Assembly: GCA_964486455.1 (NCBI GenBank)
Contig: CAZAMP010000018.1
Coordinates: forward strand, 14,971-78,970
Direction: 5' to 3'
DNA from: an uncultured bacterium
GTDB lineage: Bacteria; Eisenbacteria; RBG-16-71-46; CAZAMP01
Length of the DNA stretch: 64,000 nt
Shown here: piece by piece, positions 17,490 to 26,278 of the stretch
Position numbering within the stretch: position 1 is the first letter of the stretch
Layout: the number at the start of each line of letters is the position of its first letter
Program-made: the position numbers and the translations under genes
The notes under the pieces: generated by a model
Databases searched by the model: none
What the model saw: only the letters and a program-made list of their open reading frames with translations
What the model was told of the DNA's origin: nothing

Positions 17490-18569
17490 CTACCTGAGCA
17501 ACCGCCGCTTGAGCGTCATCGCCTGCCGCATGAGATCCAGCACCGCCTTGCTCACCGGACGGAGTGTCTTCTGCCACGACCCGATCATGTGAACGTAGTC
17601 GCCCGCGAACTCGTGCTTGAACTTCCAGACGGTGAAGTTCGGGTGCTCCGGCTCCGGCTCGGGGCCGGGGCTCCCACCGAAGTTGTAGATTCGCTTCCCC
17701 AGCGAGCGATAGCGGCACATGGCCGTGTAGTGGAGAAACTGACCGGTTTGCGGACAGCCCTTCTCCCGCGCGGCGTCGAGCAGCGCCCCCCAGTGGTAGA
17801 TGGGATTCCCGGTGGCGCCCACGTAGAGATAATTCCGCGGCACGTCGCTGTATCGGGCCACGTAGAGATCGCCCAAACCAGCGCGTGAGAGAGGCAGGAG
17901 CACCTCGCGCGCGAACTCCTCGGGCAGCACTTCGAGCCCCTTGCGGCCGACCATCCCGCGATGGGCTGCGCCGAATGCCTCGTGATCCTCGGGAGAGTCC
18001 GTCCGCTCGACGACGAGCCCTTCTCTGATCGCCTTTCGGATGTGGCGCCGCGGGTTCTTGCCGAACCCCTTGAGCAACTCATCCTCCGAATCGGCGGTGA
18101 GATCGACGAAGTACGTGCCGAGTGGCGAGGCGAAGTCGAAGCCCGCGTTGCGCAACACCGCCTGAAGCGGCTCAGCATACGCGACCGGCGACCCTCCGAT
18201 CTGCCGGGGAATCTGGAGCGAGATCTCGACGACCGACGCGCGCAGCTCGGAAGCGCGTTCGAGGAGCGCCCCGAGAAAGCTCTCGAGGGTCGTCGGATCG
18301 GCCGGATCCGCTAGCGCGATCCCGCCGGACGTGCGAACGAACGGTCCCACGCCCACCCCGGGATCGCGGATGGCGAGAAGCGCGGCGGCCGTGAACGCGA
18401 CGCCGCCTTCACATGCGAGTATCTCCGCGCGGTGGCCGTAGAGATCCAGGGCGCGGGTGTAGAACGACGACTGCCGAACGGTCGAGCTGTCGACCGTCTG
18501 GAGCCATGCGTCCCAATCGTCGTATCGGTCGGGTGACAGAATGGTCATGTTGCTCCCGCTATGGCTCAT
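17490..18569 (-). CDS. FemAB-family protein (aminoacyl-transferase-like GNAT tandem fold)
   Basis: 359 aa with a C-terminal KFKHEFAGDY motif typical of the FemAB family. Last gene of the AsnB-CE4-GT4-FemAB operon. Confidence 0.65.
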   Translation of the reverse strand: MSHSGSNMTILSPDRYDDWDAWLQTVDSSTVRQSSFYTRALDLYGHRAEILACEGGVAFTAAALLAIRDPGVGVGPFVRTSGGIALADPADPTTLESFLGALLERASELRASVVEISLQIPRQIGGSPVAYAEPLQAVLRNAGFDFASPLGTYFVDLTADSEDELLKGFGKNPRRHIRKAIREGLVVERTDSPEDHEAFGAAHRGMVGRKGLEVLPEEFAREVLLPLSRAGLGDLYVARYSDVPRNYLYVGATGNPIYHWGALLDAAREKGCPQTGQFLHYTAMCRYRSLGKRIYNFGGSPGPEPEPEHPNFTVWKFKHEFAGDYVHMIGSWQKTLRPVSKAVLDLMRQAMTLKRRLLR

Positions 18570-19636
18570 GTCAGAAGCGCCTTATAGAATTCATGGTAGC
18601 GTGAAACCATCCGCGCAAGCGTGTATTCGTTCTCGACCCGGTTGCGGGCCGCCCGCGCGAGGCCGCGTGCCTTCTCCGGATCGTCCAGTAGTGATCGTAT
18701 GCCTGTCGCAATAGCGCCGGCGTCGGGCTCGACGAGTAGGCCGGCCTCTCCATCCGCAAGCACCTCTCGATTCCCGCCTACATCGGTGGCAACGATGGGA
18801 AGTCCCAGCGCCATCGCTTCGAGAAGCGCGTTGGACATGCCTTCCGATCGACTCGGCAACACGAAGAGATCGAGCGTCGGCAGGAATGACAGCGCGTCGA
18901 CGTCGTCCAGAAATTCCACGCCCTTGTCGGCGGTGTGGCGTTCCCGAAGTGCGGCTCCCCACGCGCGATCGGCCGGGCCGCCCATCTTGAGCGTCGCGTC
19001 GGGGCGATCCAACCGTGCGAACGCGTCGAGCAACAGGTCGGATCCCTTGACGGGACGAAGCCGGCCCAGTGTTCCGATCACGCGGAGCGTGTCGGGCACC
19101 GGGGTCGTCTCGGGAAATCCCGCGAGGTCGATTCCGTTAGGGATGACCGCCGACCGCTTTCGAGAAAGACCTTCCGTCTTGACGGCGAACGACTTGGTTG
19201 CCTGCGACACGCAGACGACGCGATCCACGAAGTTGTTCGCGAGTCTGTAGTAGTAGTGACGTCGGCGGACCGGTTGATTCCCTCGGCGACTCGTCACCAC
19301 CCGCATTCGCCCGCGTGGGATCGGGAAGATCGCCGCGAAAACATCGCACGGGAAACCGTACGCATGGAGCACATCCGGACGCGTTCGCGCCAGCAGCGAC
19401 CGCAGCCGCGAGCGCAGGCCGAGCACCCCAGCCAACCCCGGCTGATAGCCGAGCTCGTGAACCTCGACTCCCGAATCGCGAATGACGTCGAGCAGCTCGC
19501 CCCGCTCATGGAATACGATGAGTTCGGGCGCGATCCGATCGCGATCGAGGGCGGGCAGCAACCGGGCGAGGTGCGACTCCGCCCCACCGGTGGTGAGGTC
19601 CTGAATGAAGTACGCCACGCGAATCGGTTCTGTCAC
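18566..19636 (-). CDS. GT4 glycosyltransferase
   Basis: IRVAYFIQDLTTGGAESHLARLL N-terminus (also the pattern of PEP-CTERM-associated sugar transferases) and C-terminal EGMSNALLEAMALGLPIVATDVGGNREV. Shares 4 nt with the downstream gene. Confidence 0.75.
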   Translation of the reverse strand: MTEPIRVAYFIQDLTTGGAESHLARLLPALDRDRIAPELIVFHERGELLDVIRDSGVEVHELGYQPGLAGVLGLRSRLRSLLARTRPDVLHAYGFPCDVFAAIFPIPRGRMRVVTSRRGNQPVRRRHYYYRLANNFVDRVVCVSQATKSFAVKTEGLSRKRSAVIPNGIDLAGFPETTPVPDTLRVIGTLGRLRPVKGSDLLLDAFARLDRPDATLKMGGPADRAWGAALRERHTADKGVEFLDDVDALSFLPTLDLFVLPSRSEGMSNALLEAMALGLPIVATDVGGNREVLADGEAGLLVEPDAGAIATGIRSLLDDPEKARGLARAARNRVENEYTLARMVSRYHEFYKALLT

Positions 19637-19637
19637 G

Positions 19638-20633
19638 TTACCCCGTCCCCAGGACGCGGATCAGCATCCGTCCCTGTTCCTCGGAGTTCACGCCGAAACG
19701 GCGCAGCGCGAACGGGTCGCAGTCGGCCCGCACGATACCGCTTTGCGACGTGGTTGCGGTGCGGTAGCCGGCGCGCTCCACCATTGCCCGCACCGCGGCG
19801 TTCTCGTGTTGTCCGCTCCCCGGGTTCGGATAGGAGAAGTGGGTCACGGGACGTCCGATGACCTTCTCGAGGACGGCGCGGCTCTCGATGATCTCACGCT
19901 CGGCCTCGACGAGCGAAACGGCGGTCAGCAGTGGATGTGTGCACGTGTGCGCGCCGATCGTCATTCCGGCGTCGGCCATCTCTCGAAGCTCGTCGGCGGT
20001 CATCATGATTCCGGCATCGTCGGGACGTCCGTTTCCGGACCACGCGACGAGCGCGTCGAGGGCCTCTTCGCGCTCGGGCGCGGAGATCCCGCGAAGCCAC
20101 TGCGTGAGCCGGCGCGTGGACGCGCCCTTCGCCGCCGGGTTCGAGAGATCAACCTCGACGGGTGCCGGACACTCGCCGCGCGGCGAGAACCCGCCGGCGA
20201 AGAGCTGCATCAGCCTCACCGTCCAGACGGCGGGCGCGGGTGAAATGGAGTCCGAAACGATGTAGAACGTCGCCGTCGCCCCATGGCGGCGGAGAATGGG
20301 CAAGGCGTACTGGTAGTTGTCGCGATAGCCGTCGTCGAAGGTGATCACGACCCCGGGGCGCGACCCGGCGGGGCGACCCTTCTCCAGTCGGTCCATCGCG
20401 TCATCCAAGCTGATGATGTCGTAGTGTGACGCGATGCGCTCGATCTGCTCATCGAAGCGCTCGGGATCGAGGCAGATCGTCGTCGAGACGTAGGTCGCCT
20501 CGTCCTGCGGCGCGACGGAGTGGTAGCGCAGGATGATCGTGTTGTGTCGCGAGAAACGGACCTTCGCCACGGCGGACGAGTAGATCATGAACCGCTTCGC
20601 GCGGATCGCGGCCATCCGCATGGGTGATGGCAT
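19638..20633 (-). CDS. Polysaccharide deacetylase (CE4 / NodB homology domain)
   Basis: VITFDDGYRDNYQYALPILRRHGATATFYI (NodB motifs TFDDG and H-x4-H context) and a C-terminal FSYPNPG. Confidence 0.75.
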   Translation of the reverse strand: MPSPMRMAAIRAKRFMIYSSAVAKVRFSRHNTIILRYHSVAPQDEATYVSTTICLDPERFDEQIERIASHYDIISLDDAMDRLEKGRPAGSRPGVVITFDDGYRDNYQYALPILRRHGATATFYIVSDSISPAPAVWTVRLMQLFAGGFSPRGECPAPVEVDLSNPAAKGASTRRLTQWLRGISAPEREEALDALVAWSGNGRPDDAGIMMTADELREMADAGMTIGAHTCTHPLLTAVSLVEAEREIIESRAVLEKVIGRPVTHFSYPNPGSGQHENAAVRAMVERAGYRTATTSQSGIVRADCDPFALRRFGVNSEEQGRMLIRVLGTG

Positions 20634-20636
20634 AGG

Positions 20637-22583
20637 CTAGTGACTCACACTTTCCGCGGTTTGGGGTGACCGGGTCGATCCTGATGTCGGGCCCGATGAG
20701 AAATCCGTTTGCGTGCTCCGCAGAACATCCGTCTTGAACAGAAGCTCCATCGTCAGCACGGTCCAGAGTGCGCGCGCTTCCGCACGCGACAGGCCACCGG
20801 CGTCGGCGAACTCGGACTTGTCGAGGAGCCGCCGGACCCCCCGTCGATCGAAAATGCCACGCTCGGCGCACTCCCGCGATGCGATCACGTCCCGGTACTC
20901 GCCGAGCTTCCTCGGATCCCGGAACCACCGCGCGAGGTCGCCCACAAGCCCCCGATTCGGGATCCATTCGGAACGCGGAATGAAGTGTTCGTAGACACTT
21001 TGCTTCCAGTTCCTCCCGATCCGCTTCCCGTCGGGTCGGTTTGCGAGAAACCCCTGGGCGAACGAGAAAAGTGTAACGTCCTTCAGCGGATAGTCCAGCG
21101 CGAGTCCCAATCGGCGCGCAATGAGGCGCCGGCTGATGAGCGAGCTCGCGAAGAGATGATCATTGAACAGGCACCACCAGCTGTGCCGCTCGGCCAGACG
21201 GTGGCGGCCGACGCCGCGCGCCAGGCCGTCCGTGAAGTGCGGGGCCGGATCGAACGCGGCGCTCCGCCGCCCGAGAAGCGACATCACATTTCGGCCGTTT
21301 CGGAGCGTCCGCTCCGGGCACACCGCGATTCCGGCCAGCTCCTCGGGGCTCAGAGAGAGCAGCCACAGCGGCTCGCGGAGCCGCTTCGGTAGCCACGAGT
21401 GGATCGGGAGAAGCGCCCTGAGGGCGCGAGCGACGAGCGCTCCATGTCGCGACTGACTCGCGCGAATGGCACCGGGGCTGATCGGGGCAAACCCGGAGAT
21501 GGAGCCCGTGCCCATGTCGCCTGTCCAGAGCTGCCCCTCCCGCTGGCCCAGCTCGGAGACCGCGGCCGCCAAGAGCAAATGATTGTAGTACTTGGGTGGA
21601 AAGCCGGTGGCGGCCAGGTACGGCTCCAGGTGGCCCCGGAGATCCAGGTCCTCTTCCATGAACCGTCGGCAGGGGTAGCCGTGCCGGCGAGCGAAGTCGG
21701 CCGCGACGCGCGATTCGTCGAAGCCGGTCCGCTTGCCGATCGTAATCGCCTGGACGTCGGCACCGACCTCCGCGGCGATCGCCATGAGCACGCGGGAATC
21801 CAACCCCCCGCTCGTGAGCAGTGTCACCGCCTGGTTCGGCCTGTAGTTGACCCGAATTCGCACCGCCCGCCGGAGGAGGCCCGTGCCGAGCCGGCGATAG
21901 AGCGGATCGGAAGGGTCCTCGACCGACCCCCCGCGCATCGCGAACTCCGCCAGGTCGATCCGGTGGGGGTGCGTCTCCCCCGGCGCGACGCGGAGCATCT
22001 CATCGCAGTAAAGCCTTCTCACTCCGCGAAAGAGCGTTTGGTCATCCACGGGATTTCGGTTCACGACGTAGTCGACGACACGGCCGGCGTTGATCTCTCG
22101 GCCGAGACCTAGAGCGTCCGAGACGAGCTGTGGGGAGCTGTTCACGACGGCCGTGCCTCCCGCCGTGCCGTAGTAGAGCGTGCGTGAGGAGATCCTATCC
22201 GCGACCACGGTGACCCGAAGCGTCCCCGGAACCAGCTCTTCCCGGCTCACCGGATCGATGCCGGCGACCACGACGGCCACGAAGCGGCCGTTCGCCCGGG
22301 TCAGCTCATCCAGCACGTCGCCGGCGCCGTCACGATGGCCGAGGTGCTCGATGCCGCGGGTGCCAGCCATGTCGGGTGTGAACTCCGAGATCAGCTCGTA
22401 AACATGACCGATGACGACGATTTCCCCGTCGGCGACGGTATAGCGGGCGACCTCGGTTTCGTCGTCCGAAACCCACACGGAGGCGACGCTGGCCTGCCCG
22501 TCCCACCGTCCGACGCAGCGGGCCTTTGCCCCGCTCAAGACGGGGGTATCCTTGTCGGTCCGTGCGTGTACGAGATGGATCAC
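20637..22583 (-). CDS. Asparagine synthetase (AsnB)-family amidotransferase; N-terminal nucleophile Cys apparently absent
   Basis: PP-loop LTSGGLDSRVL is present. The glutaminase-like N-domain is present but starts MIHLVH... and no in-frame Cys2 is available upstream (a stop lies 8 codons upstream). Confidence 0.8.
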   Translation of the reverse strand: MIHLVHARTDKDTPVLSGAKARCVGRWDGQASVASVWVSDDETEVARYTVADGEIVVIGHVYELISEFTPDMAGTRGIEHLGHRDGAGDVLDELTRANGRFVAVVVAGIDPVSREELVPGTLRVTVVADRISSRTLYYGTAGGTAVVNSSPQLVSDALGLGREINAGRVVDYVVNRNPVDDQTLFRGVRRLYCDEMLRVAPGETHPHRIDLAEFAMRGGSVEDPSDPLYRRLGTGLLRRAVRIRVNYRPNQAVTLLTSGGLDSRVLMAIAAEVGADVQAITIGKRTGFDESRVAADFARRHGYPCRRFMEEDLDLRGHLEPYLAATGFPPKYYNHLLLAAAVSELGQREGQLWTGDMGTGSISGFAPISPGAIRASQSRHGALVARALRALLPIHSWLPKRLREPLWLLSLSPEELAGIAVCPERTLRNGRNVMSLLGRRSAAFDPAPHFTDGLARGVGRHRLAERHSWWCLFNDHLFASSLISRRLIARRLGLALDYPLKDVTLFSFAQGFLANRPDGKRIGRNWKQSVYEHFIPRSEWIPNRGLVGDLARWFRDPRKLGEYRDVIASRECAERGIFDRRGVRRLLDKSEFADAGGLSRAEARALWTVLTMELLFKTDVLRSTQTDFSSGPTSGSTRSPQTAESVSH

Positions 22584-22676
22584 GAGCGCGTCCTTTCGGC
22601 ATACTTATCCACCTCTACCATCGTCCTGTTCATGCCCGTTCTTGACATCGTCCACGGAGACAGGCATTACGGTGTC

Positions 22677-23882
22677 ATGAGAATCCTCTATATCGTCCAG
22701 TACTACAGCCGTCCCGACGAGCCCGGGGGCAGCCGGCCCTACCAGTTCGCCAAACACTGGACCGCAGCGGGACATGACGTGGAGATCATCACCGGCGCGG
22801 TGAACCACAAGACCGGAAAAGTCCACGAATCTGTCAGCGGTCGGCTGTCCGCGCCCGTACGGGAGGACGGCTTCACGGTGCGTCGCGTGCGGTCGTATCA
22901 CGCCTACAAAGGCAGCATGAACAAACGCTACGTCTCGTTTCTCTCCTACGCCCTGTCCGCCACGCTGATGGCCCCGCGCCGGCCGCGACCCGACGTGATC
23001 TTCGCGTCCTCGACACCGCTCACGACCGGGGCCGCGGGCGTGGTGCTCTCGAAGCTCACTGGGCTGCCGCTCGTGTTCGAGGCGCGCGACCTCTGGCCGA
23101 AAGCGGTCGTCGTCGCCGGGGTCATCGGAACGGGTTGGAAGCTCCGGGCCGCCGAAAAGATGGAGTCGTGGATCTACGACAATGCCGAGCACGTAGTGGT
23201 CGTCTCGCAAGGCGATCGGTTGGAATTGATCGAGCGTGGGCTCGACGCCGAACACGTTCACTGGGTGCCGAACGGCGTCGATGACTGGATGCTCCGGACC
23301 GATCCCCCGCCCGCGCCTGAACGAACGGGCCCGTTCGAGGTCTACTACGTCGGCGCCCACGGCAAGTGGAATCATCTCGATCGACTGCTCGACCTCGCCT
23401 CACGATGCGACGGCTCGATACGGTTCAGCCTCATCGGCGACGGCGATGTGAAGCCCGCGCTGATGGAGCGCGCCCGCCGCGACGGTCTCGCCAACGTGCG
23501 CTTCTTGGACCCGATGCCGAAGGAGCAGGCCTTCCGCGCGCTCGAGTCGGCGCATGCCACGATCGTCGTCTGCGGCACGCACGAGCACTACGAACAGTGG
23601 CTCCCCAACAAAGTTTTCGACTATCTCGCGGCGGGACGACCGATCTTCGTGCTCGGCACGGGCGAGCTGGCGCGGCTCATCGACGACGGCCGCTGTGGCC
23701 TCACGGCTCCGGCGACCGACCTCGACGGTGGGGCGGCGGCTCTCGGAACGCTGGCCGCGAGCGACAGGGCGACCCTGGACGCCATGGGGCGCGCGTCACG
23801 TTTGATCGCGGGTGACCGGTTCGCGAGGAGCATGCTGGCGGATCGGATGATCAACATCTTCGAAAACGCCCGAAGGCAATGA
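22677..23882 (+). CDS. GT4 glycosyltransferase (WcaI/WbuB-like)
   Basis: Start trimmed to MRILYIVQYYSRPDEPGGSRPYQF; the upstream 114 codons overlap the AsnB gene antisense. C-terminal GT-B domain. An alternative start is at 22632. Confidence 0.7.
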   Translation: MRILYIVQYYSRPDEPGGSRPYQFAKHWTAAGHDVEIITGAVNHKTGKVHESVSGRLSAPVREDGFTVRRVRSYHAYKGSMNKRYVSFLSYALSATLMAPRRPRPDVIFASSTPLTTGAAGVVLSKLTGLPLVFEARDLWPKAVVVAGVIGTGWKLRAAEKMESWIYDNAEHVVVVSQGDRLELIERGLDAEHVHWVPNGVDDWMLRTDPPPAPERTGPFEVYYVGAHGKWNHLDRLLDLASRCDGSIRFSLIGDGDVKPALMERARRDGLANVRFLDPMPKEQAFRALESAHATIVVCGTHEHYEQWLPNKVFDYLAAGRPIFVLGTGELARLIDDGRCGLTAPATDLDGGAAALGTLAASDRATLDAMGRASRLIAGDRFARSMLADRMINIFENARRQ

Positions 23883-26278
23883 AGCCGAAGTCCACCGCCC
23901 ATCTCGCGTTCTTCCCGGTGCTCCTCCTTGCGCTCCTTGCGTCCGCCGCCTTCGCTGGTCCTTCACAGGCGGCGCCGTCGCTGGACGATCTCCCACCCCA
24001 CCCGCGCCTCTTCCTGACTCAACCTGAGCTTGCGGCGCTGCGCGCGGATTGCCTGGGCGGTTCCAAGCGAGACCTCTACGGCATGATCCGGCGCTACGCC
24101 GAGCGAAAGCTCCCCAGGAAAGGCCCGACGGACAACCCCGTCCAGGTGTCCGTCTTCGCCTTCGTCTACCTCATCGAAGAGGACATGCGCTTCGGCAAAG
24201 AGGCCGTCCTGGGACTCATGCGCGTAGTTCGGCAGAAGAAGTGGTACGCGAAGCAGGAAGGCTACCAGTTCATGCCGATGGTCTACGACCACATCTACCC
24301 ACTTCTCACGCGCGCTCAGATCGATTCGGTGATCAGAGTGGCGCGGCTCAGGGTCAAGCCCGGACACTACGCGAAGTCGCCCTACTACAACCTCGAGGCG
24401 AACGCCGCGGCGAGCTGCGTCGTCAACGGCATCACGTTCTTCGGCGACGGAGACGCGTCATCGGACCGCCACTTCCGGGAGACGTTCGTCAACGGCTTCA
24501 ACAGATTGGCCGGCGAGGGAACGCATCACCCCGACACCGGAAGCGCCGAGCTTCGCGGCGGCGTGCTCCGCACGCGCCTCCACTACGCGCGCGACGGTGG
24601 CTACCACAAGGACCGCGCATACACGTGCAAGGATCTCGCGAGCCTGGTTCACTTCGCCGAGGCGATGCGCGCTCTGGGACTCTTCGACGCGTACGCGTTC
24701 GCGCGTGACTACTACGTCAACGTCGTCGACTACCTGCTCTGGATCACACGGCCCGACGGCACCGGGCTTCGCCAAACCACGGGACAGGGGCACCGGAGGC
24801 TCACGCCGCGCGGCTACGAGGCGCTCGCCGGGATCGGGCGTCAGTTCCGCCTGGGCAAAACCGCGTGGATGATCGATAACCGGTTGCTCGGAGACGGCGT
24901 CCCGCCCGCCTACGAGGCGGTTCTCTTCTGCATCCTCTGGGATCCGATGCTCGCTCCGGAGCCCCCCACGGTCGAGTCGATGGGAACGAGCAAAGCATTC
25001 AACGGCGGCGCGGCGCGATACGTCTATCGATCGGGATGGGACGTATCACCCGAGAGCCGGGACTTCGTCTTTCACATCGATGCGTCCGACTACATGGGTG
25101 ACAACGTCTACTGGACCGTCGGCGGGTTCGAGATCTTCTATCGCGGCGCGCTTGCCATCAAGTCCGGCAACTACGCCGCGTTCGACGATCACTACGGCCA
25201 CTACAACACGGCGACCATCTCCGCGAACTGCGTGATCGTCCGTGACGACGGGCAGAAGGAGATCCGAGATCGCAGCGGGCAGGACAACATCAGAAAGAGC
25301 ATCGGGCGGCCGGAGAAGCTCGGCGACGTTGCCGAGGGGAGTGTGCTCGATCGCGCGCGGATCGACTCCGTACGCACTCGCGTCGCGGGCGGACGCGAGT
25401 GGAGCCTGGTCTCGGTCACGCTTCGGCCGAAAGCGATCTACGTCAAGACAAAGAAGGCGGAAAGCTGGATCCGGCGCGTGCTCGTCACCGACGGCATCGC
25501 GGTGATCTACGATCGCGTGAAGGCCCGCGACGCGGACTTCCCGATCAGCTGGCTTCTGCACACCGTCGAGGAACCGGTCGTGAGCGGAGCGATATCGGAC
25601 GTGGACGTGCCGGGGCATATCAGCTGGCACGCGGGAGACACGTTTCATGTCACGCGCTCGATGCCGATCGAAAGCTCACCGAACGGAGGGAACCTTCACG
25701 GGACGAGGCTTCTGCCGCGGCATGCGCGGACACGCAAGGTGGGAGGCGACGGCTATTCGTTCTGGGTGGACAGCGCGCACCCCGTTCCCGGCGCTCAGCC
25801 GATGGGGCGGAACTTCGAAATCGGGCGGCCGGAAGTACGCTACAGCCGGCGCGAGGCGGGCGCCTGGCGGCTCGAGATCCACCCCATCGAGCCCGGGCCG
25901 GCGCAGGAGTTCCTCGTCGCGCTGCAGGCGAGCGACGAGGAGTATGGCGATACCTTCCAGCTCGTGCTGGACGCGGAAACCGCCGGCTTCGTGCACGACG
26001 GCGTGATGCTCGGGTTCTCGCGTACCGACCCTCCGCCGGAAAGACCTTCTTATCGACTGCACGGCGACGCGGAGCTGATCCTGCTGTTCGATTTGGCGCC
26101 GAGGACGGCGTACCGCATGGAGATCATCGACGAGAGCGACTCGACGGGGATGATGGTGAAGGGTCTCGCGAATCTGATGGAGCTACGAAGCGATGACCGG
26201 GGATGCGCAGTCGGCGAGATTCAGTTGCCGGCTGGAACTCGGTTCCGGCTGGATCCGCTCAAGGACGCTCTGCCGTAA
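23879..26278 (+). CDS. Secreted heparinase II/III-like family protein (second copy)
   Basis: Signal peptide (LAFFPVLLLALLASAAFAGPSQA). Central region SDYMGDNVYWTVGGFEIFYRGALAIKSGNY...DDHYGHYNTATISANCVIV resembles the heparinase II/III C-domain motif. 4-nt overlap with the upstream GT4. Confidence 0.6.
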   Translation: MKPKSTAHLAFFPVLLLALLASAAFAGPSQAAPSLDDLPPHPRLFLTQPELAALRADCLGGSKRDLYGMIRRYAERKLPRKGPTDNPVQVSVFAFVYLIEEDMRFGKEAVLGLMRVVRQKKWYAKQEGYQFMPMVYDHIYPLLTRAQIDSVIRVARLRVKPGHYAKSPYYNLEANAAASCVVNGITFFGDGDASSDRHFRETFVNGFNRLAGEGTHHPDTGSAELRGGVLRTRLHYARDGGYHKDRAYTCKDLASLVHFAEAMRALGLFDAYAFARDYYVNVVDYLLWITRPDGTGLRQTTGQGHRRLTPRGYEALAGIGRQFRLGKTAWMIDNRLLGDGVPPAYEAVLFCILWDPMLAPEPPTVESMGTSKAFNGGAARYVYRSGWDVSPESRDFVFHIDASDYMGDNVYWTVGGFEIFYRGALAIKSGNYAAFDDHYGHYNTATISANCVIVRDDGQKEIRDRSGQDNIRKSIGRPEKLGDVAEGSVLDRARIDSVRTRVAGGREWSLVSVTLRPKAIYVKTKKAESWIRRVLVTDGIAVIYDRVKARDADFPISWLLHTVEEPVVSGAISDVDVPGHISWHAGDTFHVTRSMPIESSPNGGNLHGTRLLPRHARTRKVGGDGYSFWVDSAHPVPGAQPMGRNFEIGRPEVRYSRREAGAWRLEIHPIEPGPAQEFLVALQASDEEYGDTFQLVLDAETAGFVHDGVMLGFSRTDPPPERPSYRLHGDAELILLFDLAPRTAYRMEIIDESDSTGMMVKGLANLMELRSDDRGCAVGEIQLPAGTRFRLDPLKDALP

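Noticed and set aside
22335-22676. N-terminal 114 codons of the called 515-aa ORF
   Set aside because: This stretch overlaps the AsnB gene antisense. The GT4 homology begins at MRILYIV (22677), so the start was trimmed.
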